From a virus: a stretch of DNA of 64,000 nt. A program made the translations under genes and the position numbers. The DNA lies in IMG/VR virus record IMGVR_UViG_3300030106_006238, positions 5,736 through 69,735 of that record; one strand, given 5' to 3'. This document shows, piece by piece, positions 20,138-30,341 of the stretch. Positions within the stretch are counted from its first letter, which is position 1; every line of letters begins with the position of its first letter. The notes under the pieces were generated by a model. That model worked only from the letters and a program-made list of their open reading frames with translations, did not search any database and was not told the DNA's origin.

Positions 20138-22948
20138 TTACCGAGATTCTAACAACGGAGAATATGGTTGAGAAGTTCCCATCAAAAACTGATTCATTCT
20201 TTCAATCGAAGACGGTCGCGCATCATACCCACCAACAGCTTGAATAATAACCCTTAAGGTCTGAAGATCAGAAGAATAAGCGTTGCGATACATTTCCATT
20301 ACAGACCGTGTAGCGCCAGGCATTGTGTTTGAGGCTCTGCCCAACAAACTCATTCTGCGATGAGAAGCAATTTTCCATGATTCTCTTAGGGAATTTAGAA
20401 GCTCCGAGCGCTCGTTTGGAGAAAGCTCTCTTGCGCGTTCTGCAATATTTCCAACGTCATCGTTTGGACCAACAATCATTCCCCATGAATGAGCCTCAGA
20501 AACCCTGCTGTGCTCGGCTTTTTGCCAGGGCCTTAGTCCTTCTGGCTGGGCTTTCCCATATCCAAAACTAGCCACATCATATCCACCCTCTTGAGGGTCG
20601 TACTGATAATAATCTTCTTGAAAAGTAGGAAGCCAGTCGTCTTCTAATTTCTGATTTATATCAGCAACTAAGCCCGAAAAAACTGTTCCTTGCCCAACAA
20701 AAGGTGGCCTGTTTGATTCATTGGTTAGTTGTTCTTCTAAAGAAGCAAGCGGGCTAAGAACAGCTTTTCTTGACCATTTGCCTTGCATATACGCATCAGC
20801 AATAAGGCTTGGGGCTCCATCAACATTCTGCAGACCTAAGGTGGTGACGTATTCTTGCTGAACAGGAACCCCGAACTGTTCAGTTGGAAGAGCTGCTACT
20901 TCTTCTGGAGAAAGACGTTCACCAGTTGGGCTAAACACCTCTCGTAAATTTCTATCGTCTTTATGTTGCCCCGGCCCATCATACTGATCATGGAACCCAG
21001 CGCCTGGCGCTTGATAAACAGGGTTCAATAGCTCATCAAACCCCATGCCCGGCTGAAGCGTTCCTTTGTGGGTGTCCAAAGTACCAGATGTTCCGGTTTG
21101 ATAATGCGAAAGATAAGAGCCTATTGTTCTTTGAACTTCCTGATAAATCTGCCCGTTTATAAAGCTGACTTGCATTTTGCGCCTGATTTCTTCTTCTCCG
21201 CCAGGCTCTAATGCTGAAGCTAAATCAAAGTACTGACCTTGTTGCTGCGCTAAGTGAAAAGACAAACCCTCTGCCCCTACCGGCGTGACACCCCCCATTT
21301 GAAGAGCAGCATCAAGGTCTTGGTCTTTTAAGTTGGGAATCAAAGAGTTTATTGTGTCCCGAAGCATCTCAAAGCCTGTAGCTGCGGCTGGTGCTGGGCC
21401 ATCAATGGTGTCATACATTTGATTGATATCAAAATCGAAACTAAACCCGCCTTCATTTACAGCTTTAATAAACTGAATCCCCATAAGGATGTGTTGCTGT
21501 TCCCTGGAGTCTCTCAAGTGGCTTCCTACTTGTTCTCCAATTGCAGTGTCTAATTCTAATAGTCGTTCAATAAAAAGTTCAGGTGTTTCGGATTCTTCTC
21601 GAAGATTTTCTACATACATCCATATGTTGGACCGAGTGTTGTTTAGAAGATCTTCATCTATGTCTCCTGGGGTAGGGACATACCAAGAAATGTGTGACCC
21701 CACACCGTCCACTTCTCTCCAAAGGTCTCGCGATCTTTGAATGTCGATGGCCCGCATTCTCTCACCAAAAGGCAACTTCCATCCTGCCATATCAGAATAA
21801 AAGTAAGGAAGATATCCTTCTCTTGGCCCTGTTGGTCTTTCGTAGGGGTTTACAGAAGCGATTGAGCCTTGCCTGCTAAAGTTTCCTAAAAAATATTCTT
21901 TATGCCATGGGTCTAATGGCATTGTGAATGGAATCCCTAAAACAGGTGAGCTGGATGCAGTTGCTGTAAAAGGCAAAGCACCAGTCTGTGCTAAAGCCGA
22001 TGTTTGAGCATATCTCTGAACCTTCTGTAATTTTGCAGCGCCAGTAGCAAACCCAATGCCGCTAAGAATAGGTTTTCCAAACCCGTACCAAAGCGAGGCT
22101 ACATCTAAAGCCATTTGTGCGGTGGCAGCAAGCTTCCCCACAGTGCCTTCATCAGGCAACACTGGGTTTAGTCCAGCCACCCCAAGAGAGTGATCAAGGA
22201 CTGTTTTAACAAACCCAGTTGGAGGAGTATGATAGGTCGAATCTTTCCAGACCGAATCATACATCATGTTGGCCCATTGGTTTATTTGGCCCCTTTGATC
22301 GTCTTCGAGCATCATCCATGTTGGTGATTTCAAATAATCGGCACGATTCTCTTCAAAGTGCTCAGCAAGTTCTTGTGCGGCTTGCTCTCCGCCTCCTTGG
22401 GCTTCTTCTAATCTAGCAACCTGCTGTACTTGCTCTACTACAAACCTATCGAAAAGTTCTGCTTCGTTTATGTCTGTTGAAGGATCGTCTTCCATCCAAG
22501 AACTTTGAGAGACAAACCGATGCGTAACGTCTCCTTGACTAAGAGCCTCCAAAGCGTTTTCTGGCTCTGTTTTAGCCATCAAGTCGCTTTTTAATTCATC
22601 TTCTTGTCTCCACAATTCATCAGCTTCTCTGTGGCTTAATGCGGTGTTAACTTGGTCAATATAATTAAGAACTGCCTGTCGAGCTTTTTCAGCATCGCCA
22701 TATGATTGAAGAGCTCCAGGGAAAAGTTCAGCCAAGTGCTCATCATCGGTTTTTGAATTCCATTCTTCAATAAAAACTTCTTCTTCTGCTTCCTGTTGAC
22801 TCCTGACTTCTTCAAGAACCTCAGATTCAGACTTCCGCGTTTTGGGCGCAAGCTGCAAAGAACCCGACAGTTCGGCGTCTTCAGGAGCGACTGGAGCTGT
22901 CGGCTCAGGCGTCACGTCCAATCTGGGTTTGGTAGAAAACCTACCCAT
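20138..22948 (-). CDS. putative internal virion protein (936 aa)
   Basis: Acidic and helical, with a hydrophobic Gly/Ala segment (LAATAQMALDVASLWYGFGKPILSGIGFATGAA); position in the ejection block. Confidence 0.65.
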   Translation of the reverse strand: MGRFSTKPRLDVTPEPTAPVAPEDAELSGSLQLAPKTRKSESEVLEEVRSQQEAEEEVFIEEWNSKTDDEHLAELFPGALQSYGDAEKARQAVLNYIDQVNTALSHREADELWRQEDELKSDLMAKTEPENALEALSQGDVTHRFVSQSSWMEDDPSTDINEAELFDRFVVEQVQQVARLEEAQGGGEQAAQELAEHFEENRADYLKSPTWMMLEDDQRGQINQWANMMYDSVWKDSTYHTPPTGFVKTVLDHSLGVAGLNPVLPDEGTVGKLAATAQMALDVASLWYGFGKPILSGIGFATGAAKLQKVQRYAQTSALAQTGALPFTATASSSPVLGIPFTMPLDPWHKEYFLGNFSRQGSIASVNPYERPTGPREGYLPYFYSDMAGWKLPFGERMRAIDIQRSRDLWREVDGVGSHISWYVPTPGDIDEDLLNNTRSNIWMYVENLREESETPELFIERLLELDTAIGEQVGSHLRDSREQQHILMGIQFIKAVNEGGFSFDFDINQMYDTIDGPAPAAATGFEMLRDTINSLIPNLKDQDLDAALQMGGVTPVGAEGLSFHLAQQQGQYFDLASALEPGGEEEIRRKMQVSFINGQIYQEVQRTIGSYLSHYQTGTSGTLDTHKGTLQPGMGFDELLNPVYQAPGAGFHDQYDGPGQHKDDRNLREVFSPTGERLSPEEVAALPTEQFGVPVQQEYVTTLGLQNVDGAPSLIADAYMQGKWSRKAVLSPLASLEEQLTNESNRPPFVGQGTVFSGLVADINQKLEDDWLPTFQEDYYQYDPQEGGYDVASFGYGKAQPEGLRPWQKAEHSRVSEAHSWGMIVGPNDDVGNIAERARELSPNERSELLNSLRESWKIASHRRMSLLGRASNTMPGATRSVMEMYRNAYSSDLQTLRVIIQAVGGYDARPSSIERMNQFLMGTSQPYSPLLESR

Positions 22949-22949
22949 T

Positions 22950-25900
22950 TTATTGGTCCGATTCTTGAGCTTGTTGTACTGCTTGTTTTAAGTCTCTAAA
23001 TTCTATAGAGCTTGAATCGATTTCTTGGAAGTTGTTTTCAACCGGCTGGTCGCCCATTTGCCTTTGAAACTGTTGCTGACGAATAGGGCTGCCTTCTTGA
23101 ACAATCATCTTGATTGCTCTCGCTGGTAATCTCTGTTCAGGCTGATCAAAGTAGTATCGATAATAAAAACCATGATGCATGCCGTCTTCTGGAGCGCTGT
23201 CCCATCTCACATAGTCCATATATTTGCCACCAAAGGAATCTTGCCCTTGAGAGTTTAAATAATAAGTACCTTGGTTCCTTTGTCCCTGGGTAAGGTTTGG
23301 AACCTGACCAGTTGTAATGTCAGGCTCGCTTCTGGAACCACCGCCAAGGCGTGGAAGAGTAACTTGCAAACTTGGAATTTTTAAGAAATCAAACCTCCCA
23401 CGTCTACGACGCCTTGTAGTCTTTGGTTTTTCAGTTGGGTCCGCATCTTGTTTTGACTCTTCTAAAGTATATGTAGGATCAGGAGTGATAGTGGTAACCT
23501 CGCTTTCAGGTTCGCCTTCTTCCTTAGGCTTTGGTTTTTCTTCTTCTACATCCGGCACAGTTTCTTCAAAAAGATCACGGTCAGGTTCGTCTTCTATCTT
23601 TGGCTCAGGGACGATTCGTCGCACTTCACCAATTTCTCCAGTCACACCTGGTGTCGGAGCTTCAGGGACGATTCGTCGCACTTCACCAATTTCTCCAGTC
23701 ACACCTGGTGTCGGGGCTTCAGGGACGATTGGTTTCCTGGTTACTTCAGCAAAACCACCTCCCTCTGTTTCAGTAGGCTCTAAAGGATCACCTGTTTCAG
23801 TCTGCTCAATCTTAATCTCAGGCTCAGGCTCAGGCTCAGGCGTAGGCGGAGGCTCAGGCGTAGGCGGAGGCTCAGGCGTAGGCGGAGGCTCAGGCGTAGG
23901 CGGAGTTACAGGCTCTTGTGCCATTCCTTCTGAAAGCTGTCCCGCCAGCCTGGAAATACGATGTTCAAACAACGTAGGTCTGGCCCCTTCCTTAAGGTTT
24001 CCTTGTTCGTCAAACGTTCTGGCAATCTCTCGTAGGGCCTCAGTTCCTGCTGCACCTCTTTGCTCTGCAGGCAAAGCCATAAGAAACGACTGTAGTTCGT
24101 CTAGTTGGGCCTCATAGCTGACGCCTCTGTTGATAGCGCCCTCAATGCTCATCAGCTTATCAAGAAGGTTTCCTCGAATGTCTCGTTCAGCCTTCATTTT
24201 AGAAAAGCTATCTTCTCTTGCACCAGGGGCTGATCTTGCAGATTTATCAGCAGAAGCGAAGACCCTGTCTGTAACATCAGAAGATACGTCTTCAGAAAGA
24301 AGCTTCAAGATATTAGAAGGCTGTCCACCGATCTTCTGAATGTCTTCGTCAGTTAGACCTGGAAACTTTTCTTTTAGCTTGGCTGCGTCATCCAAAATTT
24401 CTGGGTTTGCTACAGCCTGATCATAAAAACTAAGAGCGCCTTTTACTTCATCAATCGTGTCTTGATTAAAAATAGCGCCAGCATCTGATCCGCTTGCCCT
24501 TAAGTTTTCAGCCCGAGAAAGAAAAGTCGCAAACCTATCTCTGCTCTGTTGTGCAATATCGGCATTTTCTTCGGCACTAAGATCGGGGTTGTACCCAAAA
24601 GCAGTCCCGCCTTGAGGCATAATCGAAGACATTACGCTTCCAACAACGTCTCCTTCTGAAAAAGACAAGTTGCCTCCTTCGTCTATTCCTGAAGAAAGAA
24701 GATACGGATCTGGATCTTCAGGAATCTGAGGAGTCTCTCCAAAAGGTTCTGGATATCTTTGTCTAAACCTGTTTGGATCAGCATCTAGTTCAGTTTGAAG
24801 GCGAGCTCGAATCTCTGCTACTTTGTTGAGCTGGCTTTGTGATGCCCACTCTGGAGCTGAAGCAAGACGTTCGTCCAATCCTTCTCGGGCCAACTCATGT
24901 CGAAGAGCAACATCTACAGGCTCTTGGCTGCCAAAAACGGTTTCTTCATAAATATCAGAAACGTATTCAGCGTCTGGACGAGGCTTGATTGCCTGAAAAA
25001 GAGAATCAAGACGACCCCGTCTTTCGCCTTCTGGAGAAATTACTTCTCTGTTGGCGCGATATCTGTCAGCAACACTCTCCATTTCCTTCTGTTCGTTTGT
25101 TTCCATCTGACGAACGATTCTGTCAACCGCATCAGGATCAACCTCTCTCAGCATCCTGGTTCTTCTTACAGCGCTAAAAGCAGGGCTTGTAAACTGAGAA
25201 AGAGATTGGGTGGCCATATTAATGCCGCCCATCGTGTTCATAAGTGAATCGTACTGCTGATCCGCGATCTCTTGACGATCATAAAGATTGTCTACTTTGT
25301 TTTGAAGCCGCTCAATGTGCCTATCAATACGACTAAAATCAACCGGCTGATTGAAGTAGGAGTTCTCGTCAGTAGGTAAAACAGAACGAACCTGAGGAGC
25401 CGTGCCTCCCGCTCTCAATCTATCGTAATGTTCCTCAGAAACATCTCCATAGTTGTTCGCCATCCACAAATTCATAAAGTCAGAAAGCTTATCGTCAGGG
25501 ATTGTTTGCGAAACCCCAGGGCTTGCGTTTGGATCTTGCCCAAGCATTCCTCCGCTATACAGCATTCCAGCAAGATCGTTACTGACAGTTGGGCTGCTTC
25601 CTCTTGAGATCACGTTCGTGTCTACGCCAGTAAATGAATTAATAATAAAGCGAGCGCCAGCGGGATCGCCTGAATCTAAGGCTCTTTGAACTAAAGCTTG
25701 TGCAACTGCGGCTCTTCGGATTGAGCTTGGATTTCGAACAACACCGGCTGCTGCGTCTCCACCAAGCTTCGTCATTGCTTCTTGGTATTTTCCGCCCCAA
25801 TATTCGGAGGCGCTTTGGGCATTGTTTCCTTGCGCTCTTTGTGCGCCTTCAATTACTGCAGTCACGTTTTCTGGAAGAACTTTTTGGGCATTGTAGTCCT

Positions 25901-26258
25901 GCCGAGCTTTGAGTTCTGCTTCCCTAAGTCTTGACTGCGCAGTAATGCTGGTAGTCAAAACGTCTTTCTGCATCTCAGCATTCTTTCGAGCAGTCTCTTC
26001 AAACTCCTGCATCAATTGGAATTTTCGCTCAGCATCAGCACCACGCATCTCTTCACGAAGCTTTTCAAGCTCAGTAATCTGCTCTTGGTACGCCAAGATA
26101 AGCTTGCTTCTTTGAGACGGGCTCGCATCGTTGAGCATCATCTCCCAGCGCTTCAAATTAAACTTTGTTCGAACGCCTAAGAACTTTGAGAAAAACGCAG
26201 AGAACGCTGGAGTGCCAGCATCAAAGCTTGAGTTGAAGTATTCTTGTACTACGGCCAT
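22950..26258 (-). CDS. putative internal virion protein (~1102 aa) with Pro/Thr/Glu-rich linker
   Basis: Likely start MAVVQEYF at 26258 (TAATG coupling, GGAG upstream); coiled coils and PPTPE repeats. Confidence 0.7.
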   Translation of the reverse strand: MAVVQEYFNSSFDAGTPAFSAFFSKFLGVRTKFNLKRWEMMLNDASPSQRSKLILAYQEQITELEKLREEMRGADAERKFQLMQEFEETARKNAEMQKDVLTTSITAQSRLREAELKARQDYNAQKVLPENVTAVIEGAQRAQGNNAQSASEYWGGKYQEAMTKLGGDAAAGVVRNPSSIRRAAVAQALVQRALDSGDPAGARFIINSFTGVDTNVISRGSSPTVSNDLAGMLYSGGMLGQDPNASPGVSQTIPDDKLSDFMNLWMANNYGDVSEEHYDRLRAGGTAPQVRSVLPTDENSYFNQPVDFSRIDRHIERLQNKVDNLYDRQEIADQQYDSLMNTMGGINMATQSLSQFTSPAFSAVRRTRMLREVDPDAVDRIVRQMETNEQKEMESVADRYRANREVISPEGERRGRLDSLFQAIKPRPDAEYVSDIYEETVFGSQEPVDVALRHELAREGLDERLASAPEWASQSQLNKVAEIRARLQTELDADPNRFRQRYPEPFGETPQIPEDPDPYLLSSGIDEGGNLSFSEGDVVGSVMSSIMPQGGTAFGYNPDLSAEENADIAQQSRDRFATFLSRAENLRASGSDAGAIFNQDTIDEVKGALSFYDQAVANPEILDDAAKLKEKFPGLTDEDIQKIGGQPSNILKLLSEDVSSDVTDRVFASADKSARSAPGAREDSFSKMKAERDIRGNLLDKLMSIEGAINRGVSYEAQLDELQSFLMALPAEQRGAAGTEALREIARTFDEQGNLKEGARPTLFEHRISRLAGQLSEGMAQEPVTPPTPEPPPTPEPPPTPEPPPTPEPEPEPEIKIEQTETGDPLEPTETEGGGFAEVTRKPIVPEAPTPGVTGEIGEVRRIVPEAPTPGVTGEIGEVRRIVPEPKIEDEPDRDLFEETVPDVEEEKPKPKEEGEPESEVTTITPDPTYTLEESKQDADPTEKPKTTRRRRRGRFDFLKIPSLQVTLPRLGGGSRSEPDITTGQVPNLTQGQRNQGTYYLNSQGQDSFGGKYMDYVRWDSAPEDGMHHGFYYRYYFDQPEQRLPARAIKMIVQEGSPIRQQQFQRQMGDQPVENNFQEIDSSSIEFRDLKQAVQQAQESDQ
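23605..23730 (-). repeat. 57-bp coding tandem duplication (IVPEAPTPGVTGEIGEVRR x2.2)
   Basis: tcagggacgatt recurs at 23605, 23662 and 23719. Confidence 0.9.
23818..23905 (-). repeat. 18-bp (PPPTPE) and 6-bp (PE) coding tandem repeats
   Basis: ggctcaggcgtaggcgga x4, preceded on the + strand by ggctca repeats. Confidence 0.9.
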
Positions 26259-26956
26259 TAGTCCAACTCTCCAATGATGGACCACCCGGTCCCATTTGAT
26301 ATAATTGTAATGGAGTGAAATTGAGAACCGAGAGACTTGGTGGCGGAACCATCAATTGCCTCCGATGCGTTGCCATCAATAATAACAGCGTTCCCGCTTG
26401 GGTCTTGCTTCTTGAACGTAAGAACTAAGCCCACACAAGCTGCACATGGAGGCAAGGTGAAAGTAACAGCGCCGCTAGCAGCATTGCCGATATAAACAGA
26501 CCCTTCTCCCTGAACAACAGTGTAGTCTGCTGTTTTGCTCACAATAGTTTTCTGAAACGTGTTTGCGCTTACAATCGTAAACTTTGGAAGACCATCGTTA
26601 GGAACACCGTTTCTGGCTATTTGTTCGACGTTCTGTATTTTCTGTTCAAGCTCGGAAAGGCTTCGTTTTAGCTCTTCGATTTGGAGCAAAGCGGCATATC
26701 CCGCGTTCTTCATTCTTATTTGATCTTCAACAACTCTTAGCTTTCTTTTGAGTTCTTCCGTTTCCGCGTAAGCAGAAAGCCCCGCATTTGGGTTGATGAT
26801 TACGTCATCAACATTTCTGCTTGTAGTGCTTGTAGTGTTTGCCGTGACATCGTCAGACACACTTCGTATTTGCTGAGTAATATCGAGGTTTTCGGTGTTT
26901 CTTTCAATAGAAGGAACTTCCCGCACCCTTCTTGTTCCGTAAGGGATGCTGGGCAT
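26258..26956 (-). CDS. coiled-coil plus fibre-knob protein (possible tail needle/plug)
   Basis: Long heptad coil, then SKTADYTV..ASGAVTFTLP..LTFKKQD..VIIDG..IDG..NGTGWSI. Confidence 0.6.
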   Translation of the reverse strand: MPSIPYGTRRVREVPSIERNTENLDITQQIRSVSDDVTANTTSTTSRNVDDVIINPNAGLSAYAETEELKRKLRVVEDQIRMKNAGYAALLQIEELKRSLSELEQKIQNVEQIARNGVPNDGLPKFTIVSANTFQKTIVSKTADYTVVQGEGSVYIGNAASGAVTFTLPPCAACVGLVLTFKKQDPSGNAVIIDGNASEAIDGSATKSLGSQFHSITIISNGTGWSIIGELD

Positions 26957-26958
26957 GA

Positions 26959-28299
26959 TTACTGTCCTTGAGCTGCTTGTGTTTGGTCCTCAAGCAGTTC
27001 AAAAGACAACCAGACCCTTCCCGCAGAGTTTCCGTCAATGTCGTATTCCCATGCTTTTGCCATAGAACTGTTTGGCGATGAGCCAATAATAATCGCGTCT
27101 GAATAGTTTTCTTCTTCAATCTTGTCGCTATCGTCCAACCTTAGGGTTGAAGCAGCGTCTGAATAGTTTTCGTTAAACCAGTCCCTAAAATCTAAAGCCA
27201 TTTCTTTGCCGTCATTACGATCAATGATTGCTTTTTGCAAACCAGTGTCTTCTTCAGGCAAATCATTTAGCGCTTCAAGAAATTGTTCCTGAGTTCTTGG
27301 GGCTTGTGCTTCTGCTTCGCCCTGGCCTTGTTCTTCTTCTTGTTCTCCCGCCTCTTCTGCAGTAGTGGCCTCTGCCCTTCCAGGGTCAAGAAGGCTTGTC
27401 AATTTACCAGACTCAAGTTCTCTTTCTACTTCTAGCTCTGCTAAATACTTACGCCGCTGTTTTGGGCTCATTCTCCTGAGCTCTCCAATAATCATTACCC
27501 TTTCAGGGCCTGAAAATGCAGCCATCATTTGCCCAGGATTGTCTGGATCAGGCATCTCCATTTCTCGAAGTTCATTGACCAATTGGCCAACGTTCTCACC
27601 AGGAGCAAAGGCCCGGATTGTTCCGTAAGCCTCAGCGGCAGAGCCTATGCCTTGAGCTGTAGTTTCAAGCAAACCGCGAACACGCCCAGTTGCAGTTTCC
27701 TTAAGCTGGTCGTATTGCTGCAGCTTTTCTCTGGTAGCCTGAAGGTTCGCAGAAGTAATAGCCTTGCCCGCTTCTTTGGCGGCTTCAAACTGCCTTCCTT
27801 CTTTGACCCTGGCGGCTTCTCTCATGGTTTCTACACCGCCCTGTCCTGTAACTGCGGTGCCCCCAACACTACCAGCCAAAGCCTCCATTCTGGCCTGCTC
27901 TTCTTCCGCCAGAGTTCCGGCCTGACCCATGAACGCTTGTTCAGTTGCCTGTCTTTCAGCAGGATCAAGGAAATCACGAGTCTTCATCTGTTGTTCAATT
28001 TGACCAGCCAACTCTCTTTCTCTTCGGGCTGAAGGGCTTGCGTACATCAATGCTTGTGCTCCAAGCTGAGCGCCACTAAGCGCAGTAGCCCTCAAAGCCT
28101 CCCTGCCAAGCTCTCGTCGCTCAATGTCCTGCATCATCATCTGCTCTTCTGCACTGAATTCGCTGCGGCCAAAAGGCCCGCCCATCACGGCAAGCTTTCG
28201 CTGCATTCCTGGCTCAAGGCTTTCCCACTCCTCTTCGGTAAACTGGGACATGTAAGAACCAGTAGGAGCGTTTGAGTCGTATCTATTTCGTCGTGCCAT
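26959..28299 (-). CDS. putative ejection protein (446 aa)
   Basis: Ala/Gln/Glu-rich helical protein directly after the small hydrophobic pilot-like gene. Confidence 0.65.
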   Translation of the reverse strand: MARRNRYDSNAPTGSYMSQFTEEEWESLEPGMQRKLAVMGGPFGRSEFSAEEQMMMQDIERRELGREALRATALSGAQLGAQALMYASPSARRERELAGQIEQQMKTRDFLDPAERQATEQAFMGQAGTLAEEEQARMEALAGSVGGTAVTGQGGVETMREAARVKEGRQFEAAKEAGKAITSANLQATREKLQQYDQLKETATGRVRGLLETTAQGIGSAAEAYGTIRAFAPGENVGQLVNELREMEMPDPDNPGQMMAAFSGPERVMIIGELRRMSPKQRRKYLAELEVERELESGKLTSLLDPGRAEATTAEEAGEQEEEQGQGEAEAQAPRTQEQFLEALNDLPEEDTGLQKAIIDRNDGKEMALDFRDWFNENYSDAASTLRLDDSDKIEEENYSDAIIIGSSPNSSMAKAWEYDIDGNSAGRVWLSFELLEDQTQAAQGQ

Positions 28300-28308
28300 A
28301 TCTAAATC

Positions 28309-28785
28309 CTAACCCATGTTCCTTGAAAGAAAATCGTCGTACCCACTGCCTCCACCAGAATACTGAACAGAAGAAACTGACGGATCCTGTCCGGCGTCGT
28401 ATCGCGGACTTCGTGTGGCTGCTGCCCTGGATTTGCTGGCTCTAGCCTTGGCTTTCTGATCTTGCCGTGCTTCTGATGCTTCTTTAGCTGCAACCTTTTG
28501 AGCGTCATAAGCTTCTACTTGCGCTTTTTTTTCTGAACCAGCCTTGTAGGCCGCAGCCCCACCTGCCGCAAGAGCGCCAGTAGCTAGAATGCCCCATCCA
28601 ACAGGACCAAGAGCAGCAAGAGCAGCAGTGCCGCCCGCACCCATTATAGAACCAACAGATCCAAGCGCGGTTGTTGTGGCTGTAATTCCGCCAGAAAGAG
28701 CACCCGTTTTCGCGCCCTTAGAGGCCGCGCTCTCGGTATCCGTTCGTTCTACTTCTTCGTCTTGATAATACTGTTGTCTGGCCAC
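28309..28785 (-). CDS. small Gly/Ala-rich ejection (pilot-like) protein
   Basis: GSIMGAGGTAALAALGPVGWGILATGALAAGGAAAY hydrophobic segment plus coil, as in P22 gp7/T7 gp14-type proteins. Confidence 0.7.
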   Translation of the reverse strand: MARQQYYQDEEVERTDTESAASKGAKTGALSGGITATTTALGSVGSIMGAGGTAALAALGPVGWGILATGALAAGGAAAYKAGSEKKAQVEAYDAQKVAAKEASEARQDQKAKARASKSRAAATRSPRYDAGQDPSVSSVQYSGGGSGYDDFLSRNMG

Positions 28786-28787
28786 AA

Positions 28788-29672
28788 CTATCTCCTATCT
28801 ACATGCACAACGAGGTTTCTTCCAGCAACAAAAACATGCTTCCAACTACCCGCAACAAAATCTGGAGTAACATTTGGAGAGTCTCTACCAAAGCTTATGG
28901 CGCTTCCGTTTGGATAGTATTCGCCCATGCTGCTTTGCAGTGTTTTCATTTTTACTCGAATACCAATGTTGTGCACACCAATGGGCAATTTAACGTTTTT
29001 CATTATTGAAAACTGTTTTCTGGCACCAATCCAGTTTCGTCGTGTGCCGGTATACAAATACCTATCGGTGCTTTCCAATCTGTTGTCGTTTACAAACAGA
29101 GCAAATTCAGCAGCAAGAGTGTTTTCGTAAGTGCCGTTTTGATGCCTAACGTCTGAACTGTCGTCTTTTCCAGTAAGAGAGCCTTCAACATTCTCTCCAT
29201 ATTCACTACCAGAACCACCCATATCAAACGCATAGAAGCTGGCTAAAATAGTAGCGATATGATCTTCTGAAACAAACCTTGATTCAACCTTGGCGTTGTT
29301 AACTGCTCGTTCGAATGGTGGTGTGACTTTCACAGTTGATACAAGACCTGGAACCCAAACCCAATCGTCTTGTGTTGCTTGTGAATGGTGAATAGAGCGC
29401 TTTTCGGTTCCATGGTCTACATGTCGATGATAAACCAAACAACTGACCCCTTCCATTCTTGGAGAAGGGGCTCCATAAAACTCAGACTTAAATATGTGCT
29501 GTGTCTTCACCCATCTCTTGTCAGATGAACTGGCCGAAGTTCCTGTGCCCTGAAGATCAGACGATTCGATGCCATAGTTGACATAGTTTTGCATGCCATC
29601 GTAAGCATCATCAAAGTACCCAACATCTACCTGATCTCCGCTTACTGGGTCGTTTGGAAAGTACTTTGGCAT
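28788..29672 (-). CDS. tail-associated protein (paralogue trio member)
   Basis: N-terminal SGD.V....N..I...DL and C-terminal beta-sandwich ending LVVHVDRR, similar to neighbours. Confidence 0.7.
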   Translation of the reverse strand: MPKYFPNDPVSGDQVDVGYFDDAYDGMQNYVNYGIESSDLQGTGTSASSSDKRWVKTQHIFKSEFYGAPSPRMEGVSCLVYHRHVDHGTEKRSIHHSQATQDDWVWVPGLVSTVKVTPPFERAVNNAKVESRFVSEDHIATILASFYAFDMGGSGSEYGENVEGSLTGKDDSSDVRHQNGTYENTLAAEFALFVNDNRLESTDRYLYTGTRRNWIGARKQFSIMKNVKLPIGVHNIGIRVKMKTLQSSMGEYYPNGSAISFGRDSPNVTPDFVAGSWKHVFVAGRNLVVHVDRR

Positions 29673-29674
29673 AC

Positions 29675-30339
29675 CTATCTCTTGTAGTGGGCGCAGTTAA
29701 GATTAGCGTTTCTAATCGTAAAGTAACATTGGTTGTTTCTAAAAAACCTGGTGTCTCCTTCGTATTCGTAGACTCTAAACTGAACACCAATCCAAATAGA
29801 ATCACCAGGCGAGGGTTTTGGCCACGCTCTTCCGTCACGGCCAGTAGAAGAATCGTTTAGAACAAGTGTGGTGCAAATGTTGTTCTTGTACCGTGAGCTG
29901 CCGATAGCTTGCCTAGGATATGCAGATAAAGCCTGTACCCCATTGTCATTTTACCAAACTTGGGTACTGCTTTATGGCCGTTTACATCAGTAGGCATAAT
30001 GAGCCCGGCATTAAATCTTACTACAACAGTAGATTCAGTTGTGTTGTATTTAATTGGGCCAATAACAGAAGGAACGTTGCCTCCACTTGTGTACCAAACG
30101 ACACGCCATTCATCTTTGTAGTCTGGGGCATATTTTTGAATACTGCCGCCGTACTGCCATTCATGAAACTCGCTTGTAATTGCAGCAGTTTGAGGAGCAA
30201 ACATTCGCTCATCAAGGCCTTCGTCGCGAACATTAGAGCCATTCACCGTAGAAGATTTCCAAGAATCTACAGTGTCAGTCACATCTGAAGGGTTCATTGT
30301 AGACCCTTCTGTGATGTCTGTAATCGTAATCTTACTCAT
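29675..30339 (-). CDS. tail-associated protein interrupted by a -1 frameshift (about 221 aa if joined)
   Basis: Zero frame stops at 29857; the -1 frame is open from ~29949 to TAG 29675 (..IWIGVQFRVYE..NANLNCAHYKR), 2 nt before the next ATG, ending like its paralogues. Confidence 0.65.
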
Positions 30340-30341
30340 AG

